64,000 nt of DNA from the human T2T-CHM13v2.0 reference genome, Homo sapiens (GCF_009914755.1 NC_060932.1), one strand, 5' to 3'; positions 1-20,800 are shown, counted from the stretch's first letter. Translations and numbers: made by a program. The notes: generated by a model not told the origin, from the letters alone.

Positions 1-830
1 AACTGACACTTCTCAAAAGAAGACAAACATGCAGCCAAAAAACATGAAAAAAAAGCTCAACATCACTGATTATTAGAGAAATGCCAATCAAAAGCACAAT
101 GAGATACCATCTCACGCCAATCAGACTGGCTATTATTAAAAAGTCAAAAAATAACAGATGCTGGAGAGGCTGTGGAGAAATAGGAATGCTTTTACACTGT
201 TGGTGGAAATGTAAATTAGTTCAGCCACTGTGGAAACTGTGTGGTGATTACTCAAAGACCTAGAGGCAGAAATACCATTTGACCCAGCAATACCATTACT
301 AGGTATATATCCAAAGGAATATAAGTCATTCTATTATAAAGATACATGCATGCGTATGTTCATTGCAGCACTATTCACAATAGCAAAGACATGGAATCAA
401 CCTTAATACCCATCAATGATAGACTGGATGAAGAAAATGTAGTACATATACACCATGGAACACTATGCAGCCATGAAAAGGAATGAGATCATGTCCTTTG
501 CAGGGACATGGATAGAGTTGGAAGCCATTATCCTCAGCAGACTAACGCAGAAACAGAAAACCAAACACCACATGTTCTCACTTATAAGTGGGAACCGAAT
601 GATGAGAACACATGGACGCATGGCAAAAAACAACACAAGCTAGGGCCTGTCAGGGGTGGAGGGGAGGGAGAGCATCAGGAAGAACAGCTAATGGATGCTG
701 AGCTTAATACCTAGGTGATGAGTCAAACAGTGCAGCAAACCACCATGGAACACGTTTACCTATGTCACAAACATGCACATCCTGCATGTGTACCCCTGAA
801 CTTAAAATAAAAGTTGAAGGGAAATAAAAA
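1..830 (+). mobile_element. LINE-1 3' end (older L1PA/L1PB-type): degenerate ORF2 C-terminus, 3' UTR and A-rich tail; runs off the window edge
   Basis: ORF fragments [34 protein letters not shown] and IMSFAGTWIELEAIILS match the ORF2p C-terminus; 3' UTR ends cccctgaacttaaaataaaag. Confidence 0.9.
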
Positions 831-877
831 GAATCATTGGTTTGGTCATACTTCAATGTTTCTAGGAAATAGGAGGA

Positions 878-1210
878 ATATTTATATATTATATATATAA
901 ATATTACATATATTATATATTATATATATAAATATTACATATATTATATATTATATATATAAATATTACATATATTATATATTATATATAAATATTACAT
1001 ATATTATATATTATATATATAAATATTACATATATTATATATTATATATATAAATATTACATATATTATATATTATATATATAAATATTACATATATTAT
1101 ATATTATATATATAAATATTACATATATTATATATTATATATATAAATATTACATATATTATATATTATATATATAAATATTACATATATTATATATAAA
1201 TAATATTTAT
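878..1210. repeat. AT-rich minisatellite, 31-bp unit (AATATTACATATATTATATATTATATATATA), about 10 copies
   Basis: The TTACA marker recurs ten times at 31-bp spacing (one 29-bp unit). Confidence 0.95.
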
Positions 1211-1261
1211 ATTCCTTTACCAAAAAGAGGATTTATGTATTTCCAGAAGTCTTTAAGCTTT

Positions 1262-1690
1262 TAAAAAAATTTATAATTGTTATGGGCACACAATAGTTGC
1301 ATATATTTATGGGGTACATGTGATATTTTGATACAAGCATACAATGTGTAATGATCAAATCAGGGTAATTGGAATATCCATCACTTTAAGCATTTATCAT
1401 TTCTTTGTGCTAAGAACATTTGAATTCCATTCTTTTAGCTACTTTAAAATATACCACAAATTATTGTTAACTATAGTTACCCTATTGTGCTACCAAATAC
1501 GAGTTCTTATTCATTGTATCCAACTGTATTTTTGTACCCAGTAACCATCTTCACTACCCCTTCCAGCCTCTGGTAACCATCATTCTATTACTTCTCCATG
1601 ATTTAAAATTTTTTTTCAGCTCCCTCATATGAGTGAGAACATGTGATATTTGTCTTTCCGTGCCTGGCTTATTTCACTTAACATAGTGGT
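1262..1690 (-). mobile_element. L1MA-type 3' UTR fragment
   Basis: ggggtacatgtgatattttgatacaagcatacaatgtgtaatgatcaaatcagggtaattgg and gagtgagaacatgtgatatttgtct are typical of L1MA 3' ends. Confidence 0.75.
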
Positions 1691-1855
1691 TTTTTTTTTT
1701 TTTTGGACTAGACACGAGAAAATCTTTTAAATGTTTTGAGGTATATATATTGTCATATATTTTCTCTTTTGGTGCTTAGACCAAACCTATGAGATAAATA
1801 AATAATGTATTATCATTCTTACTAGCCTGCATTGAGAACTACAGAAGTTAGCACT

Positions 1856-2010
1856 CAGTGGTTCTTAACCTGGACTACACATCACTTTGGAATTTTACAA
1901 AAGCTGTGATGGTCAGGCCCTATCTCCAAAGATTCTGATTCAATGCATTTGGAATGGAACCTAGTTATCCACATGTTGTATAAAGTTCCAAAAGTGATTC
2001 TCTGGAAACT
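1856..2010. mobile_element. MER5-like hAT-Charlie DNA transposon fragment
   Basis: cagtggttcttaacctgg..agattctgattcaatg..gtgattct resembles the MER5A/B consensus. Confidence 0.55.
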
Positions 2011-2599
2011 GTAGTTGGGTTAAGTGCTCTGAGAATGGAACTTGTGTTTCACAGAGCTGGAATTTGAACCCCTGTCCCCAGGCATGAGATTGTTACATCT
2101 TTATATCACTCTGCCAGTTAGACAACTAAGTAATAACAAATTGTCCTATGAGGTTAGTAAGACAGGCCATATAATAAACAGAAGCAATTTTTTAAAAGCT
2201 TCATTTAACTTGAGAAGTAAAGCGATACTCCAAACAAGGATTTCTGAACAAAAGTACTAGAGCAATGAATAACATCATAGAGACAAGAAGGGATGACAAT
2301 TGCTAGATGAGAACTGTCACCAATTCCAGAAAAAATTAAGACTTTAGACCAACTTTTTAGTCAGTATGAAACAAAATTTAATATGGATAGTAATTGTCAG
2401 AAGAGCAACTTTATTCAAAACTTTAAAAATATGTGGTTTTTCTGTGATTTGAAAATCTGTTACTTTGTTGCATTACCACATTGTGGTAAATGTCTTACTG
2501 TTAAACCTGTATGACATGAGGTACTGCCTTGTTAAAACAAAGAAGTAAAGAAACCTAGAAAACTGAAAATAATTGTTTTATGGTCTTTGTCTACTAATT

Positions 2600-3475
2600 C
2601 TAACATTTGTGTTGGTTCTGGATTGGTTTAGATCGATTTATTTTTCTCATTATGGGTCATATTTTCTTTTTCCTTTGCATGCCTGATAATCTTTGGCTTT
2701 ACTCCAGACACTGGGAATGTTATACTTTTGAGTGTTGGATATTTGTTGTATTCTTACAAATATCTTGAGCTTTGTTCTGAGATGTAGTTAAGCTGCTTAA
2801 AAAAATTTTGAACCTTTTGACTCTTGCTTTTAAGATTTGTTAACAAGGGCCAGAGCAACATTTAGACTTGGGCTAATTGTTATCTACTAGGGAGACAAGA
2901 ATCTTCTGAATACTCTAGGCAATGTTCCATGCTATACGAATTTTTTTTTCCCATCTGGCTAGAGGGAACAGGTACTATTCCCAGCCCTGTATCAACATCT
3001 CTAGGGGTCCCTCTAATGCTTTTAGATAATTCCCTAGCCTTGGAGACCTCCTTCATATGCACATGTTCTTCAGTGCTCTGCTAAATACTCAAGGAGGACT
3101 CTCAGATGTCCAGGGTTCTTTCTCTGTGCAACTCTTGCCTCTCCAGTGATCAATTCTGTGAACTCTATAGCCGGTTGGATTTCCCCAAAGACTCAGCTCT
3201 GTGTCTTCAACTCAGAGAGTCTGCTGACTTCGCCTGGCTTCCCCTATGCTACATCTTAGCCTGGAAACATTCTGAAGGGAGTAAGCCCGGCAGTTAGAGT
3301 GCTCCTTTTGTTTGTTTCCTGTCTCTCAGGAATCAGGGATCACTAGACTTCATTGCCTGGTATCTAGTGTCTTGAAAACCATTGTTTCATATATTTTGTT
3401 TGGTGTTTTTGATTGATTCAGATTGGAAGGTAAATCTGATTCCTGTTACTTCCTCTTGGATTGAAATGAGAGTCT
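2600..3475 (-). mobile_element. Ancient L1M/HAL1-like fragment
   Basis: T-rich degenerate motifs (tatgggtcatattttc..tttgcatgcctgataat) recalled from old L1 5' regions; boundaries approximate. Confidence 0.35.
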
Positions 3476-3889
3476 AGAAAACTGAAAATAAAAATGATTA
3501 ATCAACACATATTTAATCACTTAAGTTATAACATTTTAAGTTATGTATGATGTACTTTAAGGATATAAGATAGAAAGAATGAAGAATTAACAGAAAAAAA
3601 TTAGGTAGGGGGTTAGAGAAGAAAAGTTTACCAAGTGACTATTGTATGATAAGCTCCTTATTTATATTGTTTTATTTCTTTTTTTTTATACTTTAAGTTT
3701 TAGGGTACATGTGCACATTGTGCAGGTTAGTTACATATGTATACATGTGCCATGCTGGTGCACTGCACCCACTAACTCATCATCTAGCATTAGGTATATC
3801 TCCCAATGCTATCCCTCCCGCCTCCCCCCACCCCACAACAGTCCCCAGAGTGTGATGTTCCCCTTCCTGTGTACATGTGTTCTCATTGT

Positions 3890-7724
<3,835 letters not shown>

Positions 7725-7772
7725 TTATTTTGCTCGTTAGTTGATGCAGTTTCTTCCTAGTCTTGATGGTCT

Positions 7773-8784
7773 TTACATTTTGGCATGATTTTGCAGCGGC
7801 TGGTATCGGTTGTTCCTTTCCATGTTCAGTGCTTCCTTCAGGAGCTCTTTTAGGGCAGGCCTGGTGGTGACAAAATCTCTCAGCATTTGCTTGTCTGTAA
7901 AGGATTTTATTTTTCCTACACTTATGAAGCTTAGTTTGGCTGGATATGAAATTCTGGGTTGAAAATTCTTTTCTTTAAGAATGTTGAATATTGGCCCCCA
8001 CTCTCTTCTGGCTTGTAGGGTTTCTGCCAAGATATCTGCTGTTAGTCTGATGGGCTTCCCTTTGAGGGTAACCCGACCTTTCTCTCTGGCTGCCCTTAAC
8101 ATTTTTTCCTTCATTTCAACTTTGGTGAATCTGACAATTATGTGTCTTGGAGTTGCTCTTCTCGAGGAGTATCTTTGTGGCGTTCTGTGTATTTCCTGAA
8201 TCTGAACGTTGGCCTGCCTTGCTAGATTGGAGAAGTTCTCCTGGATAATATCCTGCAGAGTGTTTTCCAACTTGGTTCCATTCTCCCCATCACTTTCAGG
8301 TACACCAATCAGACGTAGATTTGGTCTTTTCACATAGTCCCATATTTCTTGGAGGCTTTGCTCATTTCTTTTTATTCTTTTTTCTCTAAACTTCCCTTCT
8401 CGCTTCATTTCATTCATTTCATCTTCCATTGCTGATACCCTTTCTTCCAGTTGATCGTATCGGCTCCTGAGGCTTCTGCATTCTTCACGTAGTTCTCGAG
8501 CCTTGGTTTTCAGCTCCATCAGCTCCTTTAAGCACTTCTCTGTATTGGTTATTCTAGTTATACATTCTTCTAAATTTTTTTCAAAGTTTTCAACTTCTTT
8601 GCCTTTGGTTTGAATGTCCTCCCATAGCTCAGAGTAATTTGATCGTCTGAAGCCTTCTCTCAGCTCGTCAAAGTCATTCTCCATCCAGCTTTGTTCCATT
8701 GCTGGTGAGGAACTGCGTTCCTTTGGAGGAGGAGAGGCGCTCTGCTTTTTAGTTTCCAGTTTTTCTTTTCTGTTTTTTCCCCAT
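7773..8784 (-). pseudogene. L1 ORF1p, frameshifted near codon 11; a 308-aa downstream frame remains open
   Basis: ATGGGGAAAAAACAG start at 8784, 2-bp deletion near 8751; ORF 7773-8699 matches ORF1p coiled-coil/RRM/CTD (REKG, ARR, YPAKLS present). Confidence 0.93.
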
Positions 8785-9689
8785 CTTTGTGGTTTTATCT
8801 ACTTTTGGTCTTTGATGATGGTGATGTACAGATGGGTTTTTGGTGTGGATGTCCTTTCTGTTTGTTAGTTTTCCTTCTAACAGATAGGACCCTCAGCTGC
8901 AGGTCTGTTGGAATACCCTGCTGTGTGAGGTGTCAGTGTGCCCCTGCTGGGGGGTGCCTCCCAGTTAGGCTGCTCGGGGGTGAGGGGTGAGGGACTCACT
9001 TGAGGAGGCAGTCTGCCCGTTCTCAGATCTCCAGCTGCATGCTGGGAGAACCACTGCTCTCTTCAAAGCTGTCAGACAGGGACATTTAAGTCTGCAGAGG
9101 TTACTGCTGTCTTTTTGTTTGTCTGTGCCCTGCCCCCAGAGGTGGAGCCTACAGAGGCAGGCAGGCCTCCTTGAGCTGTGGTGGGCTCCACCCAGTTGGA
9201 GCTTCCCGGCTGCTTTGTTTACCTAATCAAGCCTGGGCAATGGCGGGCGCCCCTCCCCCCGCCTCGCTGCCGCCTTGCAGTTTGATCTCAGACTGCTGTG
9301 CTAGCAATCAGCGAGATTCCGTGGGCGTAGGACCCTCCGAGCCAGGTGCGTGATATACTCTCGTGGTGCGCCGTTTTTTAAGCCCGTCGGAAAAGCGCAG
9401 TATTCGGGTGGGAGTGACCCGATTTTCCAGGTGCCGTCTGTCACCCCTTTCTTTGACTCGGAAAGGGAACTCCCTGACCCCTTGGGCTTCCCAAGTGAGG
9501 CAATGCCTCGCCGTGCTTCGGCTGGTGCACGGTGTGCACAGCCACTGACCTTCGCCCACTGTCTGGCACTCCCTAGTGAGATGAACCTGGTACCTCAGTT
9601 GGAAATGCAGAAATCACCCTTCTTCTGCGTCACTCACGCTGGGAGCTGTAGACCGGAGCTGTTCCTATTCGGCCATCTTGGCTCCTCCC
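8785..9689. promoter_or_regulatory. L1 5' UTR with sense promoter (- strand), antisense promoter (+ strand) and intact YY1 site
   Basis: CpG-rich 5' UTR; YY1 motif CAAGATGGCC at 9671-9680 on the minus strand. Confidence 0.85.
9240..9353 (+). CDS. L1 ORF0 (antisense ORF), truncated to 37 aa by GGA>TGA; splice donor 1 retained upstream of the stop
   Basis: MAGAPPPASLPPCSLISDCCASNQRDSVGVGPSEPGA* matches the ORF0 N-terminus; CCAG|GTGCGT donor at 9345/9346. Confidence 0.8.
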   Translation: MAGAPPPASLPPCSLISDCCASNQRDSVGVGPSEPGA

Positions 9690-9710
9690 TGAAAGCTCTG
9701 TTTTATTTCT

Positions 9711-10355
<645 letters not shown>

Positions 10356-11830
10356 TGAGAGACCTGGGACATAGGTCTTACTGGCCCTAAACCTGTGTTC
10401 TTTCCACAATATTCTTTGCTGCTTTACAAAAAGCCAGAAAGGCATTTAGAAATCTATTTTTAAGAACTTGTCATTTGATTATAGTACAGGATTTATAGGA
10501 ATAAGGGGATTCATAAAGTCTTGAGAATTTTAATGCAGTCAGGTTGGCTAGGAACTCAGCCAATTTGTTTTCTTTCCTCAATTTCTTCTTAATTATTTGT
10601 ATTTATATAAGCATCTTTACTGCAGAGGCCAAACCTCTTATTCTTAAATTCATAGTCCACTACCATTTGTCTGTAATCATTCAAGCTTTATCAAATTTAT
10701 TATGTCTCAAAGCACTCCAACTGGAATTGCCATTCCTGGAACTTGTTCTTCTTGTTCTCATTTTGGTGTCTTTGTTCATGCTATTCTGTATAAGAGAGTG
10801 TGCCCATAACATAAGGGGTAGGCTGTGAGTGGCATACATTTTCCTGTCTCCTACAGAGACTGCTTGACTCCCTCATCTGTACGTGTTAAAATCACCCCAC
10901 ATTCCAAGGCCCAGTTCTTTAGGAAGTTTTCTTCAGTGTCTTCAATAGGAGTAAATCTCTCTCAGTTCCATTTGCCCAAGGATCTTCTGGTATAATATTG
11001 ATCAAACTTTATATTGAATTATATTGATTAATTCTTTTTTGACAAATAGTTAATTCCTAATATGTGTACAAAACCTTTCTTGTTTTCTCCACTAAATCAT
11101 AGCATATTTTAGGATAAGAGCTCAGTATTACTATTTTTTGTATCCCTTAGGCTACAGCAAAATATCAACACAGTAAACATTTAATTGATACTTGATTTGA
11201 TGGTGAGCTGGCATTAGCTGACTGTACTTACTAATACCAGATTCTGACTGGCTTGTCTTACATTACTCAGGAGCATTATTAATCATATTTAAGTGAATAA
11301 ATCTCATTATCTTCTCCCCTAGAATCATACTTCACTGTCCAAGTGAAAAGCAGATTATTCACAAGTCAATGCCTGTATTTTAGAACTTCTACTCTAGTAA
11401 ATTTTAATTAGTTTTCACACTTGAAATTGTCAAAAGTGTTCAATCCAGAGAGACTCCATCCTGAATAGGGTCTGGGTAAAATGAGACTGACACCTACTGG
11501 GCTGCATTCCCAGGAGGTTAGACACTCTTAGTCACAGAATGAGGTAGGAGGTTAGCACAAGATACAGGTTACAAAGCTCCCGCTGATAAAACAGGATGTG
11601 GTAAAGAAGCTGGCCAAAACCTGCCAAAACCTTCCAAAACCAAGATGGTGATGAAAGTGACCTTTGATCATCCTCACTGCTTATTAGATGCTAATTATAA
11701 TGCATTAGCATGCTAAAAGATACTCCTGCCAGCATCATGACAATTTGCAAATGCCATGGCAAGGTATGGAAGTTACCCTATATGGTCTAAAAAGGGAAGG
11801 AACCATCAGTTCCAGAGATTGCCTGCCCCT

Positions 11831-11839
11831 TTCCCAGAA
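11831..11839. promoter_or_regulatory. GAS/STAT1 motif TTCCCAGAA in MER41B
   Basis: Matches TTCNNNGAA at the known MER41B position; the upstream partner site at 11810-11818 is degraded (TTCCAGAGA). Confidence 0.55.
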
Positions 11840-11852
11840 AACTCATGAATAA

Positions 11853-12251
<399 letters not shown>

Positions 12252-12254
12252 GTG

Positions 12255-12256
12255 TT

Positions 12257-12332
<76 letters not shown>
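12255..12332. repeat. (TTTC)n microsatellite, about 19 units, occupying the retrocopy poly(A) tail
   Basis: Perfect tetranucleotide run immediately 3' of the PCBP2 3' UTR. Confidence 0.95.
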
Positions 12333-14025
<1,693 letters not shown>

Positions 14026-14031
14026 TGTTTC

Positions 14032-14366
<335 letters not shown>

Positions 14367-15333
14367 TAACTTGCTTTCACTTTACCCTGTGAGCTCATCC
14401 TGAATTTCTTGCATGAGATTCAATAACTGTCCCTTAGGGTCTGGATCAGAATGGCTTTCTGGTAACAAAATGACTGATTGTTTTTTGTCACTGTGTCTTA
14501 AGACCCATATTCTGCCCTTCATGATTATCAGTCACATGGGCCCTTGTTGCACCCTAACTTCATTTCTCTAGAAGACAGCTCTTCTTTTTGGGTTCCTTAG
14601 GACCCCGCCTTCCTCCCCTCATCAAAGATGCAGAGTCTGTGGTTTAGGTTGCCATTACTTGCATGCTATTTTTACATGAGGGGTAACTGACCGAATTTTA
14701 ATACTAATTAGCTGTGATATAATACAGACACAGCAAATTCTGCCCAGGGAGGAACTTTGTAATCTGACTCAAAAGCTTCGTGGGCTAAGCAGGAGAGCAT
14801 TTAACATTCACTGCTCACTGATTTGATTCCTTAGGGCATTTCACAATGAAGTATTGAAAATTTTCCCATTTATTGTGGTCTTGTGACATTTAGAAGGGAA
14901 ATGGAAATAAGCTTGTGAGTATCCTATTTAAGAGTTCTTCTCTAATTTTGTAAGTTATGAGTTCCCTCACAAATTTTATAAGGAAATCTAGAGTAGTGTT
15001 AGTTGAGAAGAAAATACTTGGAAAGAAGACACTTGAAAGTAATGCCTGTGTTTTGGGGAACCACGATGAGGAAATTAGCTGCAATATGACCTTGAAAGGA
15101 AATTTTAGCACTTTGTAAATAATCAAGTTATTTGTACTGAAAGAGTTCCAACAAAGAAAAGAACATTTTTGATAGTCAAATAATTCAAATTTGAATGAAT
15201 CACAAACTAGAAATAAAAAACTAAAGAACTGGAAATGATAACAAAGGCAAAATATAAACATGACCTTCTAATTGTTTATTTCTCTTTAAAAGACAATCAA
15301 CTGTTTAAATAAATTATAGTATCAATGTATTAT

Positions 15334-15892
15334 TGTTGTACCTTAGCGAGTTAGAGAAAATGCCACACTTTGAGACAAATTAAGAGTCTGTTGATTTAGC
15401 CGGCGGCCAAGAGACGGCTAACACTCAAAGTTCTCTGGCCCCGAAGAAGGGGCTAGATTTTCTTTTACACTTTGGTTCAGAAAGGGGAGGTGGGGGGTCT
15501 AGTTAAAACAATTTTACAGAAGTAAAGTAGGCAAAAAAGTTAAAAGGATAAATGGTTACAGGAAAGTAAACAGTTCCAGGTGCAGGGGCTTTAAGACTAT
15601 TACAAGGTGATAGACGCGGGGCTTTGGGTGTTATCAATCGGATGAATTCCTGGGAACTGTGGATATAGCTTGCCACAGTATCTTATCGGTTAATTGCATT
15701 CTTGGATGTGCTGGGAGTCAGCTTGCACAAGTTAAGTCCTTGAGGAAGGGGCTGCCAGTGAAAGAGCCAAGATGGAGTCTGTCTGGCTCTCTTAGCTAAG
15801 GGAGAGTCAATTCAGGTGGAAACAAGGCTAGGTGATTAAAGTAAAGGGAGAGTCTAAAAACAGGGTTAGTGAAAACAAGGTTGGGCATTACA
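15334..15892 (-). mobile_element. LTR6-type solo LTR (HERV-S71 family)
   Basis: Minus strand begins TGTAATGCCCAACCTTGTTTT and ends GTACAACA; 4-bp TSD TTAT at 15330-15333 and 15893-15896. Confidence 0.75.
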
Positions 15893-16057
15893 TTATGATA
15901 TTTATAACATATGTAGAAATAAAATATGTGACAATACAATCACAGAGGCCAGCAGGGAAGAAGTAAAAGAATACTATTTTAAAGTTCTGATGTAATGTGA
16001 AAAATGGTATAATTTCACTTAAAGGTAGATTGCAGTAAGTTAAAAATTTATACAATA

Positions 16058-16285
16058 GTTCTCACTTATAAGTGGGAGCTAAATGATGAGAACACATAGA
16101 CACGTACAGGGGAATGATAGACACTGGGGCCTACCCGAGTGTAGAGGGTGGAAGAAGGGAAAGGATCAGGAAAAATAACCAGTAGGTACTAGGTTTGATA
16201 CCTGGGTGACAATCTGTGCAACAAATTCCTGTGACCTATATAATAAATCTGCTCATGCACCCCTGAACTTAAAAGTTTTAAAAAA
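16058..16285 (+). mobile_element. Short L1PA/L1PB 3' end
   Basis: gttctcacttataagtgggagctaaatgatgagaacac..cccctgaacttaaaag. Confidence 0.75.
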
Positions 16286-16764
16286 TTGTACTTTAAATCC
16301 TAAAGCAAACATTAAAAGAACACAACAAAAACATAGCTAGTATGTAACAAAGAAAAAAAGGCAGATAAAATGAAATAATAAAAAACCCTCAATCCTAAAG
16401 GCAAAAAAGGACAAATTGAACATTACCAATAGCCGTATTAAATGTAAATGGCCTAAAAATCCCAACTAAAAGGCAAAAAAATTGAAAGATTGGAGAAAAA
16501 AGCAAGATCCAACTATATATAGCCTATAAGAAACCCACCTTAAATATAATGACCCACACAGAGTAAAACTTAAAAAAAAAAAAAGATTTGCTTGCTAACA
16601 TCAATCAAAAGAAAGCTGGAGTGGCTATATTAATATCAAAGAAAGTAGATTTCAGAACATAAAAATAATAGTAGCTATAAGATAATTAATTCACAATAAT
16701 AAAGGGAGTGAGTTTTTTAGGGGAAAATGATATTAAACATTTAAGCACTTAATAATAGAGCTTA

Positions 16765-17070
<306 letters not shown>

Positions 17071-17172
17071 AAAAATACACAAAACCAGAACTGATAGAAC
17101 AAAAAGGAGAAATAGGCAAATCTACCATTTTATTCAGGAATTTAACCCTTTTTCAGTAATTAATAGTATAAG

Positions 17173-17850
17173 TGAAATACAGGTTTAGTCACTCACTGCT
17201 CATGGAGTTCAATTAATAAGAGCAAAGTCTGGTATAAAGAAAGTGACTCTTTATTACAAAACTAGCTTAGCGGAAGTACAGCCTTCCTGTCTTAAGGGTA
17301 CCGCTTCACCTTTGGATCAGAAAGTGGTTGCTTTTAAAGGGGGCCTATTATGAATGGCACACAAGGGAGAAAGCAAGCAGGTGTGGGAGGTGTCTACATG
17401 TTAGCTTGGTGCCTTATCTATTGGGCAGTTGAATTGGCATCTTCATTGGCAGAAATATTAATAGATTGTAAAGGTGTCCAAAAACTCTCCAGGTGGGAGA
17501 GAATTTTGCATGGGACTTTGGGTTGTAAATTGGCGGCTGTCTCTTCAGACAGTTTCCTGGTAGGTTAAAATTTCATAGCAGGCATATTTTAGGTTGTAAG
17601 TCAACTGTTAACTCTTGGATCACCTTTTCGGTGGGTGAGAGTTCTGCTCTAGAGCTTCTAAGCACATAATTAGATGAACTTGCCCTATAGGGAGTGTCTG
17701 GGGAAGAAGATGTAAAAGGTTATAATTGCATTTCTAAAGGGCTAAATAGGAAATAGGGAATGGGGGAAATGGAGAAAGGAGAAAAGAAGAGAAAATAATT
17801 TTTTAAATTGTAACTCTTTTTTTCTTTAACAACTGGGTTACTCAGTTACG
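17173..17850 (-). mobile_element. MER66-like ERV1 solo LTR
   Basis: 5-bp TSD ATAAG at 17168-17172 and 17851-17855; minus strand has tagccctttagaaatgcaattataacc..agacactccctatagggcaagttcatcta; subfamily from memory. Confidence 0.6.
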
Positions 17851-20800
17851 ATAAGATGAAGAGAAAAAAACATCTATAAGAATATTGAAGTCTTAACACT
17901 ATCAATCAGGTTGACCTTATTGACCTACAAAGAGCACTCCATCCTAAAAAATCAGAATACACATTCTTTTCAATGTATATTTTATGTGTATTTAATATAT
18001 AGTTCACACTAAATATTTACCAAGATAGACCATATTCTGAATCATAAGTTAAGATTCAATCAATTAAATTCATACAAAGTATATTGTCAGACCACAGTTA
18101 GAAATCATGAATAGAAAAATCTCCAAATATTTGAAAATTATAAAGACATTTCTAAGTAAACTGTGTGTCAAGAAAGGAATGTAGAAAATATTACGAACTG
18201 AATGAAAATGAAAATACAGTATCAAATTTTGTGAGATGAAGTTAAAACAAAACTTAGTGGAAAATTTATGACACCAACTACCTGTATTAGAAAAGAAGAA
18301 AGGTCTCAAGTCAGTAATCTCAGCTTAAGTTTTAAGAAATAAGAAAAAACAAAATAAAATCCAAAGTAAATACTTTTTAATGTTACAGAACATAATAATA
18401 AAAACCAGAGCAGAAATTAATGAATGAGAAAACATAAAAGTAATAGAGAAAATTAATAAAAACAAAAGAATTTTTAAGATTAATAAAGTTAATAGGCTTT
18501 TTGGCAACCAGTGATAAAAATAAGAGTAAATATGCAAATTACCAGTGTCAGGAATAAGATATGTGACATCACTAAAGAGTTTATTGATATTAAGAGGATA
18601 ATAACAAATATTGTCTCTTAAAATATGTGAATAAATTTGACTACTTACAAGAAAAGAACAAATACCGTGAAAGATAAAAATTAACAGAGTTTACTGAGGA
18701 AGAAATAGATAACCTGAATAATCCCATATTTAGTAAAATAGTTGAATTGTAGTTAAAAATTTTTTACACAGGAAACTTTAGACCCAGATGCTTCGCTAGG
18801 GAATTCTATCAAACATTTAAACAAGAAATAAAGCTAATGCTATACAAGTTCTTCCAGAAAATTATAAAAGAGAAAATATTTTTCAACCAATTATACGATG
18901 CCAGCATTACTCAAACACCAAAACCAGACAAAGATATTGCAAAGGAAGAAAATTGCATGCCAATATTCCTCATAAATGTGATACAAACCTTTCTAACAAA
19001 ATTTTAATTGATCAAAGTTAACAACATATAACAGTGATAATAAGTCAAAACCTTGTATGATTTATTCCAAGAATGCAAAATGAGTTTAACATATAAAGAT
19101 CAATCAATTTAATATGCCAGATTATTAGACTAAAAAAAGATACTCTCATTTAATGTAATAAATGTATTTTATTTATAATAATAAATAAATAATAATAATA
19201 ATAAATAATACTTATTCTTAACCTAAAACTCTCAGCTAGGACTAAAAAGAGAGTGCTTCAACCCACTATGAACATATGTGAAAAACCTACAGACAACATA
19301 ATACTTAATGGTGAAAGAAAATTCTTTCTTCATAAGACCAGGAAAAATGTAAGAATATTTACTCTCATCCTTTGTATTTAACATTATATCGAAACTTCCA
19401 GCTAGTGCACTAAAACAAAAATAAATAAATAAATTAAAGATGTTGATATTGGAAAATAGTAGTCCTGTGGGAAATGTATGGCACCAACTACCTGTAATGG
19501 AAAAGAAAAAATGTCTGAAATCAATCATCTCAGCTTACATCTGTTCTTTATTTGCAGACAACATAATCATCCAAAAAAAAAATTCTATGGAATCTTCAAA
19601 AGATACTAGAATAATGGGTGAATTTAACAAGGTTGCAGGATGCAAGATTAATATACAAAATTTAATTGTGTTTGTATATTCTTGGAATCAATAATTTTAA
19701 ATTGAGTTAAAATTCCATATCATATACAATAGTGTTCTTACTTATGAAATAGAGAATAATCTTCAAAAGGTATGCAAGACCTGTAAAATACAAACTATAC
19801 AATATTGCTGAGAAAAACTTTTTAAAACTTATGAAAAGGAGAGTTATGTTCATAGTTTGGAAGATTCAACATTGTTAATATGTCAAGTATCTAAATTAAT
19901 CTATAAATTTCTCAGCAGTCCTTTTCTTTTTAATAGAAATTGACATGCTCATTCTAAAATTTATGTAGAAATGCCAACCACTGAGAATAGCCAAAAAAAC
20001 TCTGAAAAAAAAGAGGCAACTTGGAAGACTTACATTTCCTGCCTTCAAAAACCTTTATAAAGCTACAATAATCAAAGCAGTATGATATTGGCATGAGGAT
20101 AAAATATGATGAGTTCAGAAATATACTCACACATGTACAGTTAATTGATTTTTGACAAGGAACCAAAGGCAATTCAGTGGAGAACAGATAGGTTTTTCAA
20201 TAATGTTGCTGTAACAATTGAATATCAATAATTCAATTGAATAACAATTGAATAACAACACCCCACTGCCTACCTTACATCATATACAAAAATGAATTCA
20301 AAAGAAATTATAGACCAAAAAGTATCAAGCTAAAAATATACAATCTCTAGAAGAAAACATAGGAAATTGGATTAAGTAAAGACTGCTTAGATATAATACC
20401 AAAAACATAATTCACAAAATAAAACATTGATAAATTGAACATTATCAAAATGAAGAACAGCTCTTAGAAAGACACTATTAAGAGAGTGAAAGATAAGTGA
20501 CAGACTGCTAGAAAATATTTGCAAATCATATATCTGATAAAGGGTTTATACTTTGAACATAAAAATCTTTCAAAACTCAATAATAAAAATAATGTAATAT
20601 TGGCAAAATATTTGAATAGACGCTACATCAGAAAATATATATAATGGCAAATAAGCACATTAAAACACTAAACATCAATTTTTCATTAGGGAAATGGAAA
20701 GTAAAACACCATGAGATACCATTGCACACCTATTACAAATATCTTATATTAAAAACACTGACAACATCAAATGTTGGAGAGGATGAAGAGAAACTGGAAC

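Noticed and set aside
878-1210. 31-bp periodic repeats superficially resembling a CRISPR array
   Set aside because: Head-to-tail units with no unique spacers, no cas genes and a eukaryotic context
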